DNA of 63,487 nucleotides, the filler included, from Candidatus Woesearchaeota archaeon CG1_02_57_44 (lineage in GTDB: Archaea; Nanobdellota; Nanobdellia; Woesearchaeales; CG1-02-57-44), in the NCBI GenBank assembly GCA_001871415.1. It is 5 parts of 5 records of this genome, joined end to end, with 100 filler letters (N's around TTAATTAATTAA, not from the genome) between each part and the next. Parts side by side here need not be neighbours in the genome. Positions count along the whole stretch, not along the records: positions 1 to 29,332 come from MNWW01000033.1; 4 more parts are not named here. One strand, written 5' to 3'. The translations under genes and the position numbers were made by a program. Position 1 is the stretch's first letter. Each line of letters begins with the position of its first letter. Shown here in pieces: positions 1 to 9,738 of this stretch. Under the pieces are notes generated by a model. It was not told the DNA's origin. It did no database searches and worked only from the letters and a program-made list of their open reading frames with translations.

Positions 1-144
1 GAAAGCGTCGATCTGCTGCAGAGCATCCTGCCCCGAGGCACCAAGAAGCGCTACGATAATGCCGGTCACGGAACAGAGATGCTGCAAAACAAGCAAGTCA
101 AAGATGACATGCTCGCCTGGTTCGCCGTGCACATTGACCGGTGA
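1..144 (+). CDS. 3' end of a truncated CDS, possibly an alpha/beta hydrolase
   Basis: Frame 1 is open from the window edge to TGA at 142-144; ...RYDNAGHGTEML...DMLAWF resembles the C-terminal catalytic-His region of alpha/beta hydrolases. Confidence 0.45.
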   Translation, partial: ESVDLLQSILPRGTKKRYDNAGHGTEMLQNKQVKDDMLAWFAVHIDR

Positions 145-255
145 AGAGGGCAGGACAGTAGCCGACGCATCACATCATTCGTCGCAATTCGTCGCGCCGG
201 GCAGATAAACTAATAAAGCGCCAGCTTCTGCAATGCGATCAAGGGTGGTCATTTC

Positions 256-1449
256 ATGGACAGAAAAAAACTCGGAGAAGAATCCATCGCCTTGCACGCC
301 AATGGCGGCAAGCTCGAGATACGCAGCAAAGCACCGGTCAACAGCAAGTATGACCTGAGCATCGCCTACACGCCAGGCGTAGCAGATGTGTCTATGCTCG
401 TGGCCAAAGATCCGAGCAAAGCGTTCACACACACCATCAAGAAGAACATGATAGCGGTCGTCTCTGACGGCAGCGCTGTCCTGGGCCTGGGCAACATCGG
501 CCCGCTTGGCGCCCTGCCGGTCATGGAAGGCAAGGCCGTGCTGCTCAAGGAGTTCGGCAATGTCGACGCGTTCCCCCTCTGCGTCACCACACAGGACGCG
601 GATGAGATCATCACGCTCTGCAAGCAGATATCACCCGTCTTTGGCGGCATCAACCTCGAAGACATCAGCGCGCCGCGCTGCTTCACTATCGAAGCTGCCT
701 TGCAGGACCTTGGCATCCCGGTGTTCCACGACGACCAGCATGGCACGGCAGTAGTCGTGTTCGCCGGCATCATCAATGCACTCAAGGTCGTAGGCAAGAA
801 GTTCTCTGACATCACGATCGTCATCAGCGGCGCTGGCGCCGCCGGCATCGCAGTGTGCAAGCTGCTGCTGCAGGGTGACCCTGACAGCGGCATAGCGCCG
901 GTCAAGGATGTGCTGCTCGTCGACAGCAAAGGCATCATCCACACCGGCAGGACTGATCTGAATTTTGCCAAGAAAGAGATTGCCCAGCGCACCAACAAGA
1001 AAAGACTGACCGGCACCGTGGCTGACGCACTCAAGGGCGCGGATGTCTTCATCGGCGTGTCCGCGCCAGGCATCGTGACCAAGGAGATGATAGCCAGCAT
1101 GGCAAAGAATGCCATTGTCTTCGCCATGGCCAATCCCGTCCCTGAGATTCTGCCCGACCTCGCGCTTGAGGCAGGGGCCACTGTGGTCGGAACCGGCAGG
1201 TCAGATTTCCCGAACCAGATAAACAACGTGCTCGCGTTTCCTGGCATCTTCCGCGGCGCGCTCGACGCGAAGGCTACACGCATCAACCATGCCATGAAAG
1301 TCGCGGCAGCGCTCGCCCTCGCCTCTTGCGTTCCCTCGCCCACGGCTGACAAAGTCATCCCGGAGCCGTTTGAGCCAGGCATCGGCGCGAAAGTCGCGGC
1401 AGCGGTCGCGGCGAAAGCGATAGAGACAGGAGATGTCAGGAAGCAGTAG
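256..1449 (+). CDS. NAD(P)-dependent malic enzyme
   Basis: Motifs AYTPGVA, DGSAVLGLGNIG, MEGKAVL, NLEDISAP, FHDDQHGTA, GAGAAG and NQINNVLAFPGIFRG. Confidence 0.96.
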   Translation: MDRKKLGEESIALHANGGKLEIRSKAPVNSKYDLSIAYTPGVADVSMLVAKDPSKAFTHTIKKNMIAVVSDGSAVLGLGNIGPLGALPVMEGKAVLLKEFGNVDAFPLCVTTQDADEIITLCKQISPVFGGINLEDISAPRCFTIEAALQDLGIPVFHDDQHGTAVVVFAGIINALKVVGKKFSDITIVISGAGAAGIAVCKLLLQGDPDSGIAPVKDVLLVDSKGIIHTGRTDLNFAKKEIAQRTNKKRLTGTVADALKGADVFIGVSAPGIVTKEMIASMAKNAIVFAMANPVPEILPDLALEAGATVVGTGRSDFPNQINNVLAFPGIFRGALDAKATRINHAMKVAAALALASCVPSPTADKVIPEPFEPGIGAKVAAAVAAKAIETGDVRKQ

Positions 1450-1495
1450 ATTCCTGGCCGCGCATACGCTGACCACACGTCGCTTCAGACCGCGT

Positions 1496-1834
1496 CTATG
1501 AAGGCATGGTGCTTTCAGCGGGTTTGCTGCTCTTTCGCACATTTCCGTCGAGAAAATACTGCAGGCAATCTGGCGCGCAGAAATGCGCGCGCTTTCGCAG
1601 GTCAATGGGCCCGAATTCCAGGGACAGGTCATTGTCCTTGTCCAGGGGATTTATTTCCTTGCCGCACGTGGCGCAGACCACCACATGACGCGCCGTCAGC
1701 TCCTCCCTCCTGGACTCGACAAGGCGACGCAGATGATGCCCGCCTGCCTGCAGGTCAGCGGAGAGCTTCTGCAACTGCTCGTAATCAAGTCCCTCTATCG
1801 CTTTTCTCACACTTGTCACATGATCATCCCTCAA
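1496..1834 (-). CDS. Small hypothetical protein with a probable zinc finger (TRASH/MYM-like)
   Basis: CATC...HFCAPDC cysteine pattern after a helical N-terminus. Confidence 0.7.
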   Translation of the reverse strand: MRDDHVTSVRKAIEGLDYEQLQKLSADLQAGGHHLRRLVESRREELTARHVVVCATCGKEINPLDKDNDLSLEFGPIDLRKRAHFCAPDCLQYFLDGNVRKSSKPAESTMPS

Positions 1835-1994
1835 TCTTCAGTTTACACGCCCCAAGCTCGCCTGGAACCATGATCCAATATCTCACTCCAGTATTCTTTG
1901 CGGCACCATCGCATACACATCAAGAGTCGCCATATTGAGCGCCTCTTGCGTGAACCGGTATCTCATTGCGCTTCCATCGACCAAAACACGTCCA

Positions 1995-2753
1995 TCAGCC
2001 ATTGCCCATCGCCTCCATCGCATAATCAGGACCATACAGGATAAGCACCTCGAGCAGGCAGGAGAGCTCTGGCGCGCTGCCTGGCACCCGCATGCCGCGC
2101 GCCTCAGCGACCACGGTCACGGGCTTATTCTCGAGCAATGAGATACAAAGACCTTGCACCAGCGGCGCCGCCTTCTTGCGCGACTGCTCGTCCATCGACG
2201 CTAGGACGCTCGCCAACTGCATGAATGAGGCGAGAATCGCGTAGCGGTGCTGCACCCCCTCTTGCACCAGGCCGCGCGACACCAGTCGCATGCAATAGCG
2301 CGCGTACTTGCGCACCAGGGCGACGGAACCCGCACCTTGCGCGACCTTCGCCGTGCCGTTGATCACCTCGGCGAACAGCGCCTGAAACTCATCAGCTGAC
2401 GGCGCGCCTATCTCGCGCAGCGTGCAGCTGGTCGGAGCGCTGTCGGTCAGCGCCATACCCATGAGATCAGATGCCAGTTCCTGCACTGCACCAAGGAATC
2501 CCTCAGGAAAACGAAGCGAAAGTTCCTCGTAGCCATGCAGGTAAAGACCAATGACCATCGGCTCCAGCGCGTCTTCCTGCTTGCAGGTCACCTCGCGCTT
2601 TGCCGCGACCTTGCTCGCGTACACCTTGAGCAGCGCGCCTTGCTCTTGCACCTCAAGCTCATCACCTGCCTGCAGGTTCAGCTGCTGCGCCCATGCCTGA
2701 GGCAATGACACGGTCAAGGTCGATGCGCCCTGCTTGATGACTTTACGTTTCAT
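1995..2753 (-). CDS. AbrB/SpoVT-domain, PhoU-like regulator (archaeal phosphate-uptake regulator family)
   Basis: MKRKVIKQGASTLTVSLPQAWAQQLNLQAGDEL is a typical AbrB N-domain, followed by YLHGYEEL and a helical region. Start moved to ATG 2753. Confidence 0.75.
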   Translation of the reverse strand: MKRKVIKQGASTLTVSLPQAWAQQLNLQAGDELEVQEQGALLKVYASKVAAKREVTCKQEDALEPMVIGLYLHGYEELSLRFPEGFLGAVQELASDLMGMALTDSAPTSCTLREIGAPSADEFQALFAEVINGTAKVAQGAGSVALVRKYARYCMRLVSRGLVQEGVQHRYAILASFMQLASVLASMDEQSRKKAAPLVQGLCISLLENKPVTVVAEARGMRVPGSAPELSCLLEVLILYGPDYAMEAMGNG

Positions 2754-3164
2754 TGTATGTGGCCAGTAAACGAAATGCGGTGAATGTGCACGACGACTGT
2801 CGAGGGGGGAGGGGACTGCGCTCGTGGGAAGGGAGGGCGGATGGACGGGGGTGCTGATGAAGGGGAGCGCATGCGGCGGGGGATGAAGTGTTTGCATACC
2901 GCCTGTGCGAAGTGTTACCACGCCACCTCCGGCACCAGTATATACCGAGTACAAGGTAATATATAAAGGTTACGATAGTACAAACTTAAGATATATTACT
3001 GAAACAATTATATTTGAAAAATAGTATCAGAGAAGCAGAATAGTCTCTTTTTATACTCGCTTATAAATAGAATAGGAAAACCAAAGAATATCCTCGGACG
3101 GCAATAGTATACCGGCAGCAAACAGTGTTCCCGAAAGCCGCAACCTGAACAAGGAACAGAACAA

Positions 3165-3347
3165 ATGACAAAAATCCGCCGCTCGGTAGGAGAAACGCTA
3201 CGCGTTTCTGGATGTTGGCCAGAAGCCAACACGCCAACCGCGGCCTGAAGGCCGCTGTATTGCCGCGCCTCGTCATTGCAGGCGGATTTTTGAATTGCAA
3301 AGCACGTCCTGAAGGACGGGGCATTCAACCCACGTGCTTTGCAATAA
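3165..3347 (-). repeat. Structured dispersed repeat, copy 1 (carries a 45-nt two-hairpin insertion at 3187-3231)
   Basis: Aligns with 39740-39876 and 46626-46762; lies 35 bp downstream of the stop of the radical SAM gene. Confidence 0.92.
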
Positions 3348-3381
3348 GATAGCTTCGTAGCTGGAAGCTGCGCACAGATAA

Positions 3382-4872
3382 TTACGCGATAATTTCCCCC
3401 GTGATGCTTCGCAGCATGTGCTTGGTCACGCGGACATTCACAACGCGCCCCAGCTCATGCCTGCCTTTGATGCCGATGACCAAGGGATAGGTTCCCCACT
3501 GACGCCCGAACGTCGTGTTGCCATCGTAAATCTCCAGGCGCACATCCTTCATCACATGCCCGACGGGCAGCATACGCTGCAGCAGAGGCAGATCAATCTC
3601 CTGACGGATCTGATTACGCCACGACCAGTACTTGGCCTTGTTCTTGCGGATGAATCTTGTCCCCACCTCAGCCATGCCTGTTCCCGGAAACACGGCGACC
3701 TGGCGGATATTGATGCGGCGCAGCAGCAGGCCCTCATCGAGGAAACGTTTCAGCCATAGCATATTCTGCGCGTGTGTCTCCTTGGACTCTGCCTTCAGAC
3801 CGTAGATGATATTGATGCCCGGCAGAAAATGCGGCATGCCATTGACGCCTTTCGCGGCGCCGTGCTCATTGAGTATCTTCGTCGCCTTATAGGCAATAGC
3901 AGGAACGGTGTTCAAGCGATTCTCCTTGACCACGGCAAGGTCAAAGGATTCCACGCCAAACGCCGCCACATTGCCAGGAGTGCAATACTGCACAATGGCC
4001 TTGGTGACCACCGCACCTCTATCAGCGACCACCCTGTTCGGATTCACATTATCGATGTGCAGGGTCTTGAGCTGCGGGCATGCTTCGCGCATCCCGCGCA
4101 ATAGACTTACTATCGCGTTCACATCGCCACCCTGGTAGCTGTAGAAGCACGTCTGCTTGCCAAGCCGGAAATGCCTGACGCCCTGCGCGTACAACGCCTT
4201 GGCCTCAGCGAGCACGTCGTCGACAGTCCTGAAAGAGACCTTGTTCTTGAGCGGCTCCAGGCAGAAGCTGCATTTTCCCACGTCGCATCCCTTACCTGTC
4301 TCGAGTTCCGCGATGACCTCAAAACCCAGTTGCGATACCAGATCAGCGCCGACGGCAGCGCTCCCGACCTGCGCGTACTCATTGATATCAAGATAGTCCC
4401 AGTCGACTTCGGAGAAGCAGGAAAGATCAGCCGTCTCGCTCCTGCGCCCGCCAAAAAGCTGACTGCCAAACACCGCGGGACCAATCAGCACTTTTCGGCC
4501 AGGAAGCGCACGCACCAGCGGGAGCACTTCCGTAAGGACACCAGGAACCGCGCTCAAGTACTTACCCGGCACATGCACACCGAGCACGACCACCACCAGT
4601 TCAGCGTCATGAAGGATGCGCATCGCGTCCGGCGCGTTCTTCGTCAGGTTGTAGATAGTGATGTCCGTCTTGCGCTCTTTTGCCCGTTCAGGAATCTTAC
4701 CATCATGCTTTGCGTGCAGGCGCAGGTCATCAATGGTCAGGTAGCGCAGCTGGGCGTCAGGATGCAGCTGCCGGAGGCGCGACCAGCAATACCTCGGATA
4801 GGTGCCCAGATAGGGCATGACCCCAAGGCCCGAAGCCTCGTCCGTGTAGCAATCAAGGATGCAGACGCGCAT
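3382..4872 (-). CDS. Radical SAM protein with C-terminal TRAM domain (archaeal uncharacterised Fe-S oxidoreductase type)
   Basis: CDVGKCSFC cluster motif, N-terminal DCYTDEASGLGV.PY, C-terminal GRQWGTYPLVIG and RSITG. Confidence 0.88.
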   Translation of the reverse strand: MRVCILDCYTDEASGLGVMPYLGTYPRYCWSRLRQLHPDAQLRYLTIDDLRLHAKHDGKIPERAKERKTDITIYNLTKNAPDAMRILHDAELVVVVLGVHVPGKYLSAVPGVLTEVLPLVRALPGRKVLIGPAVFGSQLFGGRRSETADLSCFSEVDWDYLDINEYAQVGSAAVGADLVSQLGFEVIAELETGKGCDVGKCSFCLEPLKNKVSFRTVDDVLAEAKALYAQGVRHFRLGKQTCFYSYQGGDVNAIVSLLRGMREACPQLKTLHIDNVNPNRVVADRGAVVTKAIVQYCTPGNVAAFGVESFDLAVVKENRLNTVPAIAYKATKILNEHGAAKGVNGMPHFLPGINIIYGLKAESKETHAQNMLWLKRFLDEGLLLRRINIRQVAVFPGTGMAEVGTRFIRKNKAKYWSWRNQIRQEIDLPLLQRMLPVGHVMKDVRLEIYDGNTTFGRQWGTYPLVIGIKGRHELGRVVNVRVTKHMLRSITGEIIA

Positions 4873-4944
4873 GGCATGGTGAAAGCGCGCATGATATAAG
4901 AGCGTTTGGGGAATGAAACGCGTGACACCATGACATCAGCAAGA

Positions 4945-5526
4945 CTATCCTGCCATGGCGATGATCGATATCCCCACAAGCCATCCTGCCAGATAGAGAC
5001 CTGACTGCAACGCAGTCTGCTTCCGTGCCAGTTGCCAGGAAAGCTTCTTCTTTGTGCTGCCAGAAAGCGGCAACCCGGCTCCCAAAAGCAGCACCATGAA
5101 TCCCGCGGCGATGATGGACAGAGCCATACCAGGAGTCCCTGACGAAGAACGGGCCGCTGCCATGACACCAGTACCTGCCGCCAGGCCCACGCCTATCGGA
5201 AGCAAGGAACTATATCGCCAGAGCGATAGCGAAACAAGCAGGAACAGGAAGAGACTGGACAGCAAGACTGACAAGGACAATGGCGCGGATGAACCGCGGC
5301 CGACAACAATCACGCCCCTCATCAGGAGCAATGCCGCCACAACGATCCCCATCGCGAAATACTTCTTCCCAGGTTTCCACGCGGTCTCTTCCTTGAGCAG
5401 GACCGCCAACACATTGCCGCAGAACGCGCCGAGCATTACCAACAGAGAAGCCAGAACCAAGGACAAGGGCGCCGCGACCATGCAGGATACAACGCGTCCA
5501 ATAATATATAAAACCATTGGTATCAC
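4945..5526 (-). CDS. Hypothetical multi-pass membrane protein (start uncertain, possibly about 5481)
   Basis: Five to six hydrophobic segments. Confidence 0.6.
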   Translation of the reverse strand: MIPMVLYIIGRVVSCMVAAPLSLVLASLLVMLGAFCGNVLAVLLKEETAWKPGKKYFAMGIVVAALLLMRGVIVVGRGSSAPLSLSVLLSSLFLFLLVSLSLWRYSSLLPIGVGLAAGTGVMAAARSSSGTPGMALSIIAAGFMVLLLGAGLPLSGSTKKKLSWQLARKQTALQSGLYLAGWLVGISIIAMAG

Positions 5527-5551
5527 CGCATAGCGGCTTGACAGAGAAACA

Positions 5552-6742
5552 GTGACAGCGCACCATCATTATCAGGACTGTCATGGACGCACGCACATGA
5601 ACCCAGACCCGCACCATACCCTGCAAAACCGATCCCTGTCCAGGATGCAACTCCGTGGCGAGCCACTCCGCGGAACACTGCAGCTGCGGGACGGCAAGAC
5701 ACCGGTCACCATCCCCTGGGAGACGACGTTTCCTGCCAGCTTGGGCTACGCTTGCATACGATGCGGTCATTCCTGCAGAAACAACGACATCATGATCTTC
5801 GCGCTGGACAATCTTGCTGACGCGCCGTTGCAAGAAGAATTTCCACTGCTACAGCTCCGGGAAAACGGGGCTTGCGTCCTCCTGCAAGAACCCAACACCT
5901 GCACCATCCACGCGCGTAAACCCGCGCTGTGCAGGGAATATCCGTGCAAAGCCGTGTTTTCAGAAGGGCGCGCATTTGTCGACATCACGCTCTCGTGCAC
6001 CAGTCTCTTCGCCGGACACACAGGCACGTTTCCGACCCGCATGGCCGAAGAGACCATCCGCTCTAGCTGGCAGCGCATGAAATCGTTTGCTGACGAGGAA
6101 AGCATCTCGCGCACCATACGCGCCAAAGCGCATGAACTCGGCGTTCTCCTCGAGACTGATCCGTTATCGCGCCTTGGCATCGACATCAAAGAGACCCTGG
6201 GCATCGTGCATAAGAGCTACTGCATCGCCGTTGAATCAGGACAGGCACCGTTCAGGTATCCTGTCGCAGCAGATGACCAGCAACCAGACACAGCCCACCC
6301 GCAGCGACGAGCATCCAGCACGCGCACATCGACCGCATCACGACCCTATCGCTTCTCCGTGCTGCTGCCTAACCAGGATGGTGTGACGATACTAGGCATC
6401 CCAGGAAAGCACACACTCAAAGCGCTGCCCTTGTCAGCTGAAGCAATGCAGCTCCTCGCGGACTACCTCGCGTTCTTCCTCAACCGCGCGACCTTCCTCT
6501 CGGACGCGACCTTATGCCTCAAAGCCCTTGCGACAAGAGTCTCCTTGCAGGACTCTTTGCTCATCGAAGAGACCGCGCGACGCATCGCCATGACCCTCAT
6601 CTACCTCGCGCACGCGAGCGCTGCTGTTGACGAAGACACAAGCGTATCCGCACAGGATATCAGCCGCGCCATGTTCATGGCAGACAACACATTCATGGCA
6701 CCGTGCACAGAAATAGCTGATGCGCTGCTGCGTTCGCGGTAA
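5552..6742 (+). CDS. YkgJ-family cysteine-cluster protein (start uncertain)
   Basis: CIRCGHSC...CVLL...CTIHARKPALCREYP pattern. Confidence 0.75.
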   Translation: MTAHHHYQDCHGRTHMNPDPHHTLQNRSLSRMQLRGEPLRGTLQLRDGKTPVTIPWETTFPASLGYACIRCGHSCRNNDIMIFALDNLADAPLQEEFPLLQLRENGACVLLQEPNTCTIHARKPALCREYPCKAVFSEGRAFVDITLSCTSLFAGHTGTFPTRMAEETIRSSWQRMKSFADEESISRTIRAKAHELGVLLETDPLSRLGIDIKETLGIVHKSYCIAVESGQAPFRYPVAADDQQPDTAHPQRRASSTRTSTASRPYRFSVLLPNQDGVTILGIPGKHTLKALPLSAEAMQLLADYLAFFLNRATFLSDATLCLKALATRVSLQDSLLIEETARRIAMTLIYLAHASAAVDEDTSVSAQDISRAMFMADNTFMAPCTEIADALLRSR

Positions 6743-6811
6743 TCCCGGTCCTATCCTGCCATATGACCCAGGCACACTTCCTCTGTTGACCAAGGCAGAA
6801 TCCCTCTGGTC

Positions 6812-8461
6812 TCAGAGCTGTTCAAGAAACGCGAACACTTCCTTTCGCGCCAGCGGCGAGAAACGTATCGCGCCGGCCAGAGCGTGACCGCCGCCATCAA
6901 TCATTGCCCAGGGCAATAGGCTTCGCAGCGCTTTGACCATAGCATTCACATCATGCCCGCCTGTGCTGCGCAACACCACAAAGCCATCCGCCATACCGAT
7001 AGTGAGCAACGAAGGATGCTGCTTCTCCAGCTCACGATGCACCATACCTGTAAGCTTGCCAGGACTTGGATAACCGCGCGACACCAGAGGCAACCATGCC
7101 TTGGCCGCGCCTGCCGAAACAACCGCTCCGCTTCCTTGCCCAACCCCTTGACCATCATCCCCAGAACCTGCATGCGTCACCTTCACCGTATGCAGCGCGC
7201 ACGCCAGCGCCGCCTCTCGCAAGGGTTTTGCTTCAGCCATGGCCAGATTCGCCCGACGCTGCGCTTCCTCGGGTTGGGCGCAGAGCATCGCCCACAATGA
7301 CTCTGCCCGCGATGTCGGACGAAGCAGCCAAGTCTCATAGTCTGTCGCGAGTATCATATCATCCAGCAGCGCCCTGCTATAGCCAAGGGCATCAACATGC
7401 CGCACATAAGCGCCTATCATGTCACCGCTCGCCTTGTCCGCAAGGCCGCTCACTGCGGCGAGCACTGGCAGGCAGGGCATCGCGCCGGGGCTGCCGAGGA
7501 CGCTCGCCGCGAGCTCCGCTGAAAGCATGCCCGCTGAGAACGCGGATGGATTCCATGCACTAGGGACTGCAGCAGTGGCAACGGCGCCGCGTGATTCCCC
7601 CGTACGTCCAGAGGATATTGCCTCATGCTTCTCCGCTGATCGCTGCTGCCCGACGGTGTGTCGTTGCCCTATCAAATGAGGATTGATGCAACAGTCCGCG
7701 ATACGCGCAGGATGCTGACTCGCAAGCGCGTCATTGTCTGGCAACCGTGGAGGATGGTGGTCGACAATGAGCACCTTGCAACCTTCGGCCTTCAGCTTGG
7801 CGATGCCTATGTCCTGGGCAGTGCCGCCATTGTCAAGAATAACATAGAGACCTTTGCCTGTGGAGTCAATATCGCCAAGCGCCTCAGCGTACCCATAGAC
7901 CGGACTTTTGCACGCGGTCCTGCGGATCTTTCGGGCTGCGCCCGTTCCCTGCGCGCGCGCCAGCAGCGCACGCTCAATCGCGAGACCTGCGCAATAGCCA
8001 TCAGCGTCAGCGTGATGGCTGATGTGGATCAATGACTGCTCGACCAGCGCGAGAAGGAGCAGCCTGCTTGCCTGCGCAAAAGGCATGCGTGATAACGCAT
8101 CGCAAAGCCCCTGCTCGCCCGGCAGCAGCCACGACGCGCCATCCTGCGCAGGGCCAAGCGCGTCAAGACGTTCCTGCACCAGGGAGAGCAGAACGTCAGC
8201 GTCGACACCCTGCAGGGGCAGAAAGCTGTACACCTGCAATTCCAGCACACCATCCCTGTTGCCGATGGTACCTTCCAGTCGCACTGCCTGACCGGGCGAC
8301 ACATCCGCTTTCAGACCGCGCACTACAGCGGAGATACTGCCCGTCCCGTCCGTGACATGCAGAACCACAAAACCCTTGAACCTGCGCACGTCAATGATGC
8401 GCGCCTGCAGGAGCGCCTTTGCGCCCTCGTCAGCGATGGTCATTACAGCAATAGTGTCCAT
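6812..8461 (-). CDS. RecJ-like DHH/DHHA1 phosphoesterase with N-terminal OB-fold
   Basis: OB-fold (VTDGTGSISAVV), HHADADG, ILDNG, IVDHH, INPH and GGGHALAG motifs. Start moved to ATG 8461. Confidence 0.88.
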   Translation of the reverse strand: MDTIAVMTIADEGAKALLQARIIDVRRFKGFVVLHVTDGTGSISAVVRGLKADVSPGQAVRLEGTIGNRDGVLELQVYSFLPLQGVDADVLLSLVQERLDALGPAQDGASWLLPGEQGLCDALSRMPFAQASRLLLLALVEQSLIHISHHADADGYCAGLAIERALLARAQGTGAARKIRRTACKSPVYGYAEALGDIDSTGKGLYVILDNGGTAQDIGIAKLKAEGCKVLIVDHHPPRLPDNDALASQHPARIADCCINPHLIGQRHTVGQQRSAEKHEAISSGRTGESRGAVATAAVPSAWNPSAFSAGMLSAELAASVLGSPGAMPCLPVLAAVSGLADKASGDMIGAYVRHVDALGYSRALLDDMILATDYETWLLRPTSRAESLWAMLCAQPEEAQRRANLAMAEAKPLREAALACALHTVKVTHAGSGDDGQGVGQGSGAVVSAGAAKAWLPLVSRGYPSPGKLTGMVHRELEKQHPSLLTIGMADGFVVLRSTGGHDVNAMVKALRSLLPWAMIDGGGHALAGAIRFSPLARKEVFAFLEQL

Positions 8462-8599
8462 GAGGGCACGCAGGACTTGCTTGTCTATATTTCTATCTGT
8501 TTCACAGCCGAGGATTTTCCGCCTGCATCGAAACGAGCAGCAATCACCCCGGAGGAAATATGACACATAGAAAGCCATGACAGGGGGATAGCAGGGCAG

Positions 8600-9529
8600 T
8601 TATGATGCGTCTGGCTTTCGCAATCTGGCCACAAAGAATCCTTCCGTGTTATGGTCCTGCGGCCATAGGCGCAAGCAGCCTTTCACGTCTGGATGATACG
8701 TTGTTTCACCAAAGGACATTATTGCTGACGAGCCTGCAGGGGTCTTTATCGGCACGAGTAGCGCGTCCGTGGACTTGAGCAGATGCGACACCACACCTTC
8801 GTCCTCCTCAGGCTCGACTGAGCAGGTGCTGTACACCAGCGTCCCGCCAGGCCGCAGCATGGCATACGCGCGGGCGAGCAGCGCCTGCTGCTGCTTTGCG
8901 AGACGAGAGACCATGGTCGGATTCCAGATGAGCAATGTCTTAAGACTCTTTCTGATAGCGCCTGTGCCTGAGCATGGCGCGTCAACGAGGATACGATCAA
9001 ATTCACCCTTGATGAACTGGCCTTGCCCTTGCGTCACGATGATGTTGGATACCCCGCAGCGCTGCAGGTTCAGACCCAGCGATTTTATCCTATCCCCTCG
9101 TATGTCATTCGCTATCAGGGTCCCCTGATTGCGCATCAGCTGCGCGATATGCGTGGTCTTGCTGCCTGGGCTTGCGCACATGTCCAGCACGCGCTCGCCT
9201 GGCTGCGGGTCAAGCACCATGGCGGGAATCATACTGGCCGCCTCCTGCACATAGATTAGACCCAGGGAATGCAGCGTGGTATTGCCGATGTCACGGCGTT
9301 CGGCATGCTCGACAAAAAAGCCGTCTGGACACCATGCCACAGGTTCCACAGTGAATTGCGCTTCAAGCTGGCGCAGGATAGTATACCTTGGAGCCTTGAG
9401 CGTGTTGATCCGCACACTGCGCCGCAGGAACGTCAGGGAGCGTTTCAGGAACTCCTCATAACGCTCACCCAAGAGCGCACGATAGCGCTCCTCAAAAGCG
9501 GGCTTGATGGTGACATCCTCGCGTTGCAT
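8600..9529 (-). CDS. RsmB/NOP2/NSUN-family RNA m5C methyltransferase
   Basis: YVQEAASM, LDMCASPGSKT, ILVDAPCSGTG, VYSTCS and GFFVA motifs. Confidence 0.95.
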   Translation of the reverse strand: MQREDVTIKPAFEERYRALLGERYEEFLKRSLTFLRRSVRINTLKAPRYTILRQLEAQFTVEPVAWCPDGFFVEHAERRDIGNTTLHSLGLIYVQEAASMIPAMVLDPQPGERVLDMCASPGSKTTHIAQLMRNQGTLIANDIRGDRIKSLGLNLQRCGVSNIIVTQGQGQFIKGEFDRILVDAPCSGTGAIRKSLKTLLIWNPTMVSRLAKQQQALLARAYAMLRPGGTLVYSTCSVEPEEDEGVVSHLLKSTDALLVPIKTPAGSSAIMSFGETTYHPDVKGCLRLWPQDHNTEGFFVARLRKPDAS

Positions 9530-9633
9530 ATGCAGCAGAACATGAGCAGGGTTAATAAATATGGGGGATGGACTATCCTCCTAAAGAGCCTGGACGCGAC
9601 AAGTATTTATGTAAGGACTCCTCCTTGCGCAGC

Positions 9634-9738
9634 ATGCATACCATACGCGTATTGCCTTCGGGAAGAAAAGGTGACTTATTCTTCATCGCCATCATCGTGC
9701 TGATACTGCTCTACCTCATCATCCTGGCGTTGAAATGA
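9634..9738 (+). CDS. 34-aa membrane microprotein with class III signal-peptide-like sequence (not in the ORF track)
   Basis: MHTIRVLPSGRKG-DLFFIAIIVLILLYLIILALK; its stop overlaps the next start (ATGA 9735-9738); TATA-like TATTTATG at about 9604-9611; an in-frame upstream ATG exists at 9568. Confidence 0.55.
   Translation: MHTIRVLPSGRKGDLFFIAIIVLILLYLIILALK

Noticed and set aside
366..1478. Long antisense ORFs (also 12655-13983, 52086-53159 and others)
   Set aside because: Shadows of well-supported genes in GC-rich DNA, with no motifs of their own.
2803..2883. G-run cluster with G-quadruplex potential upstream of the PhoU-like gene
   Set aside because: Single occurrence with irregular loops and no supporting evidence.
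3008..3328. ORFs 3008-3328 and 3061-3324
   Set aside because: They run through the non-coding structured repeat and AT-rich promoter DNA.
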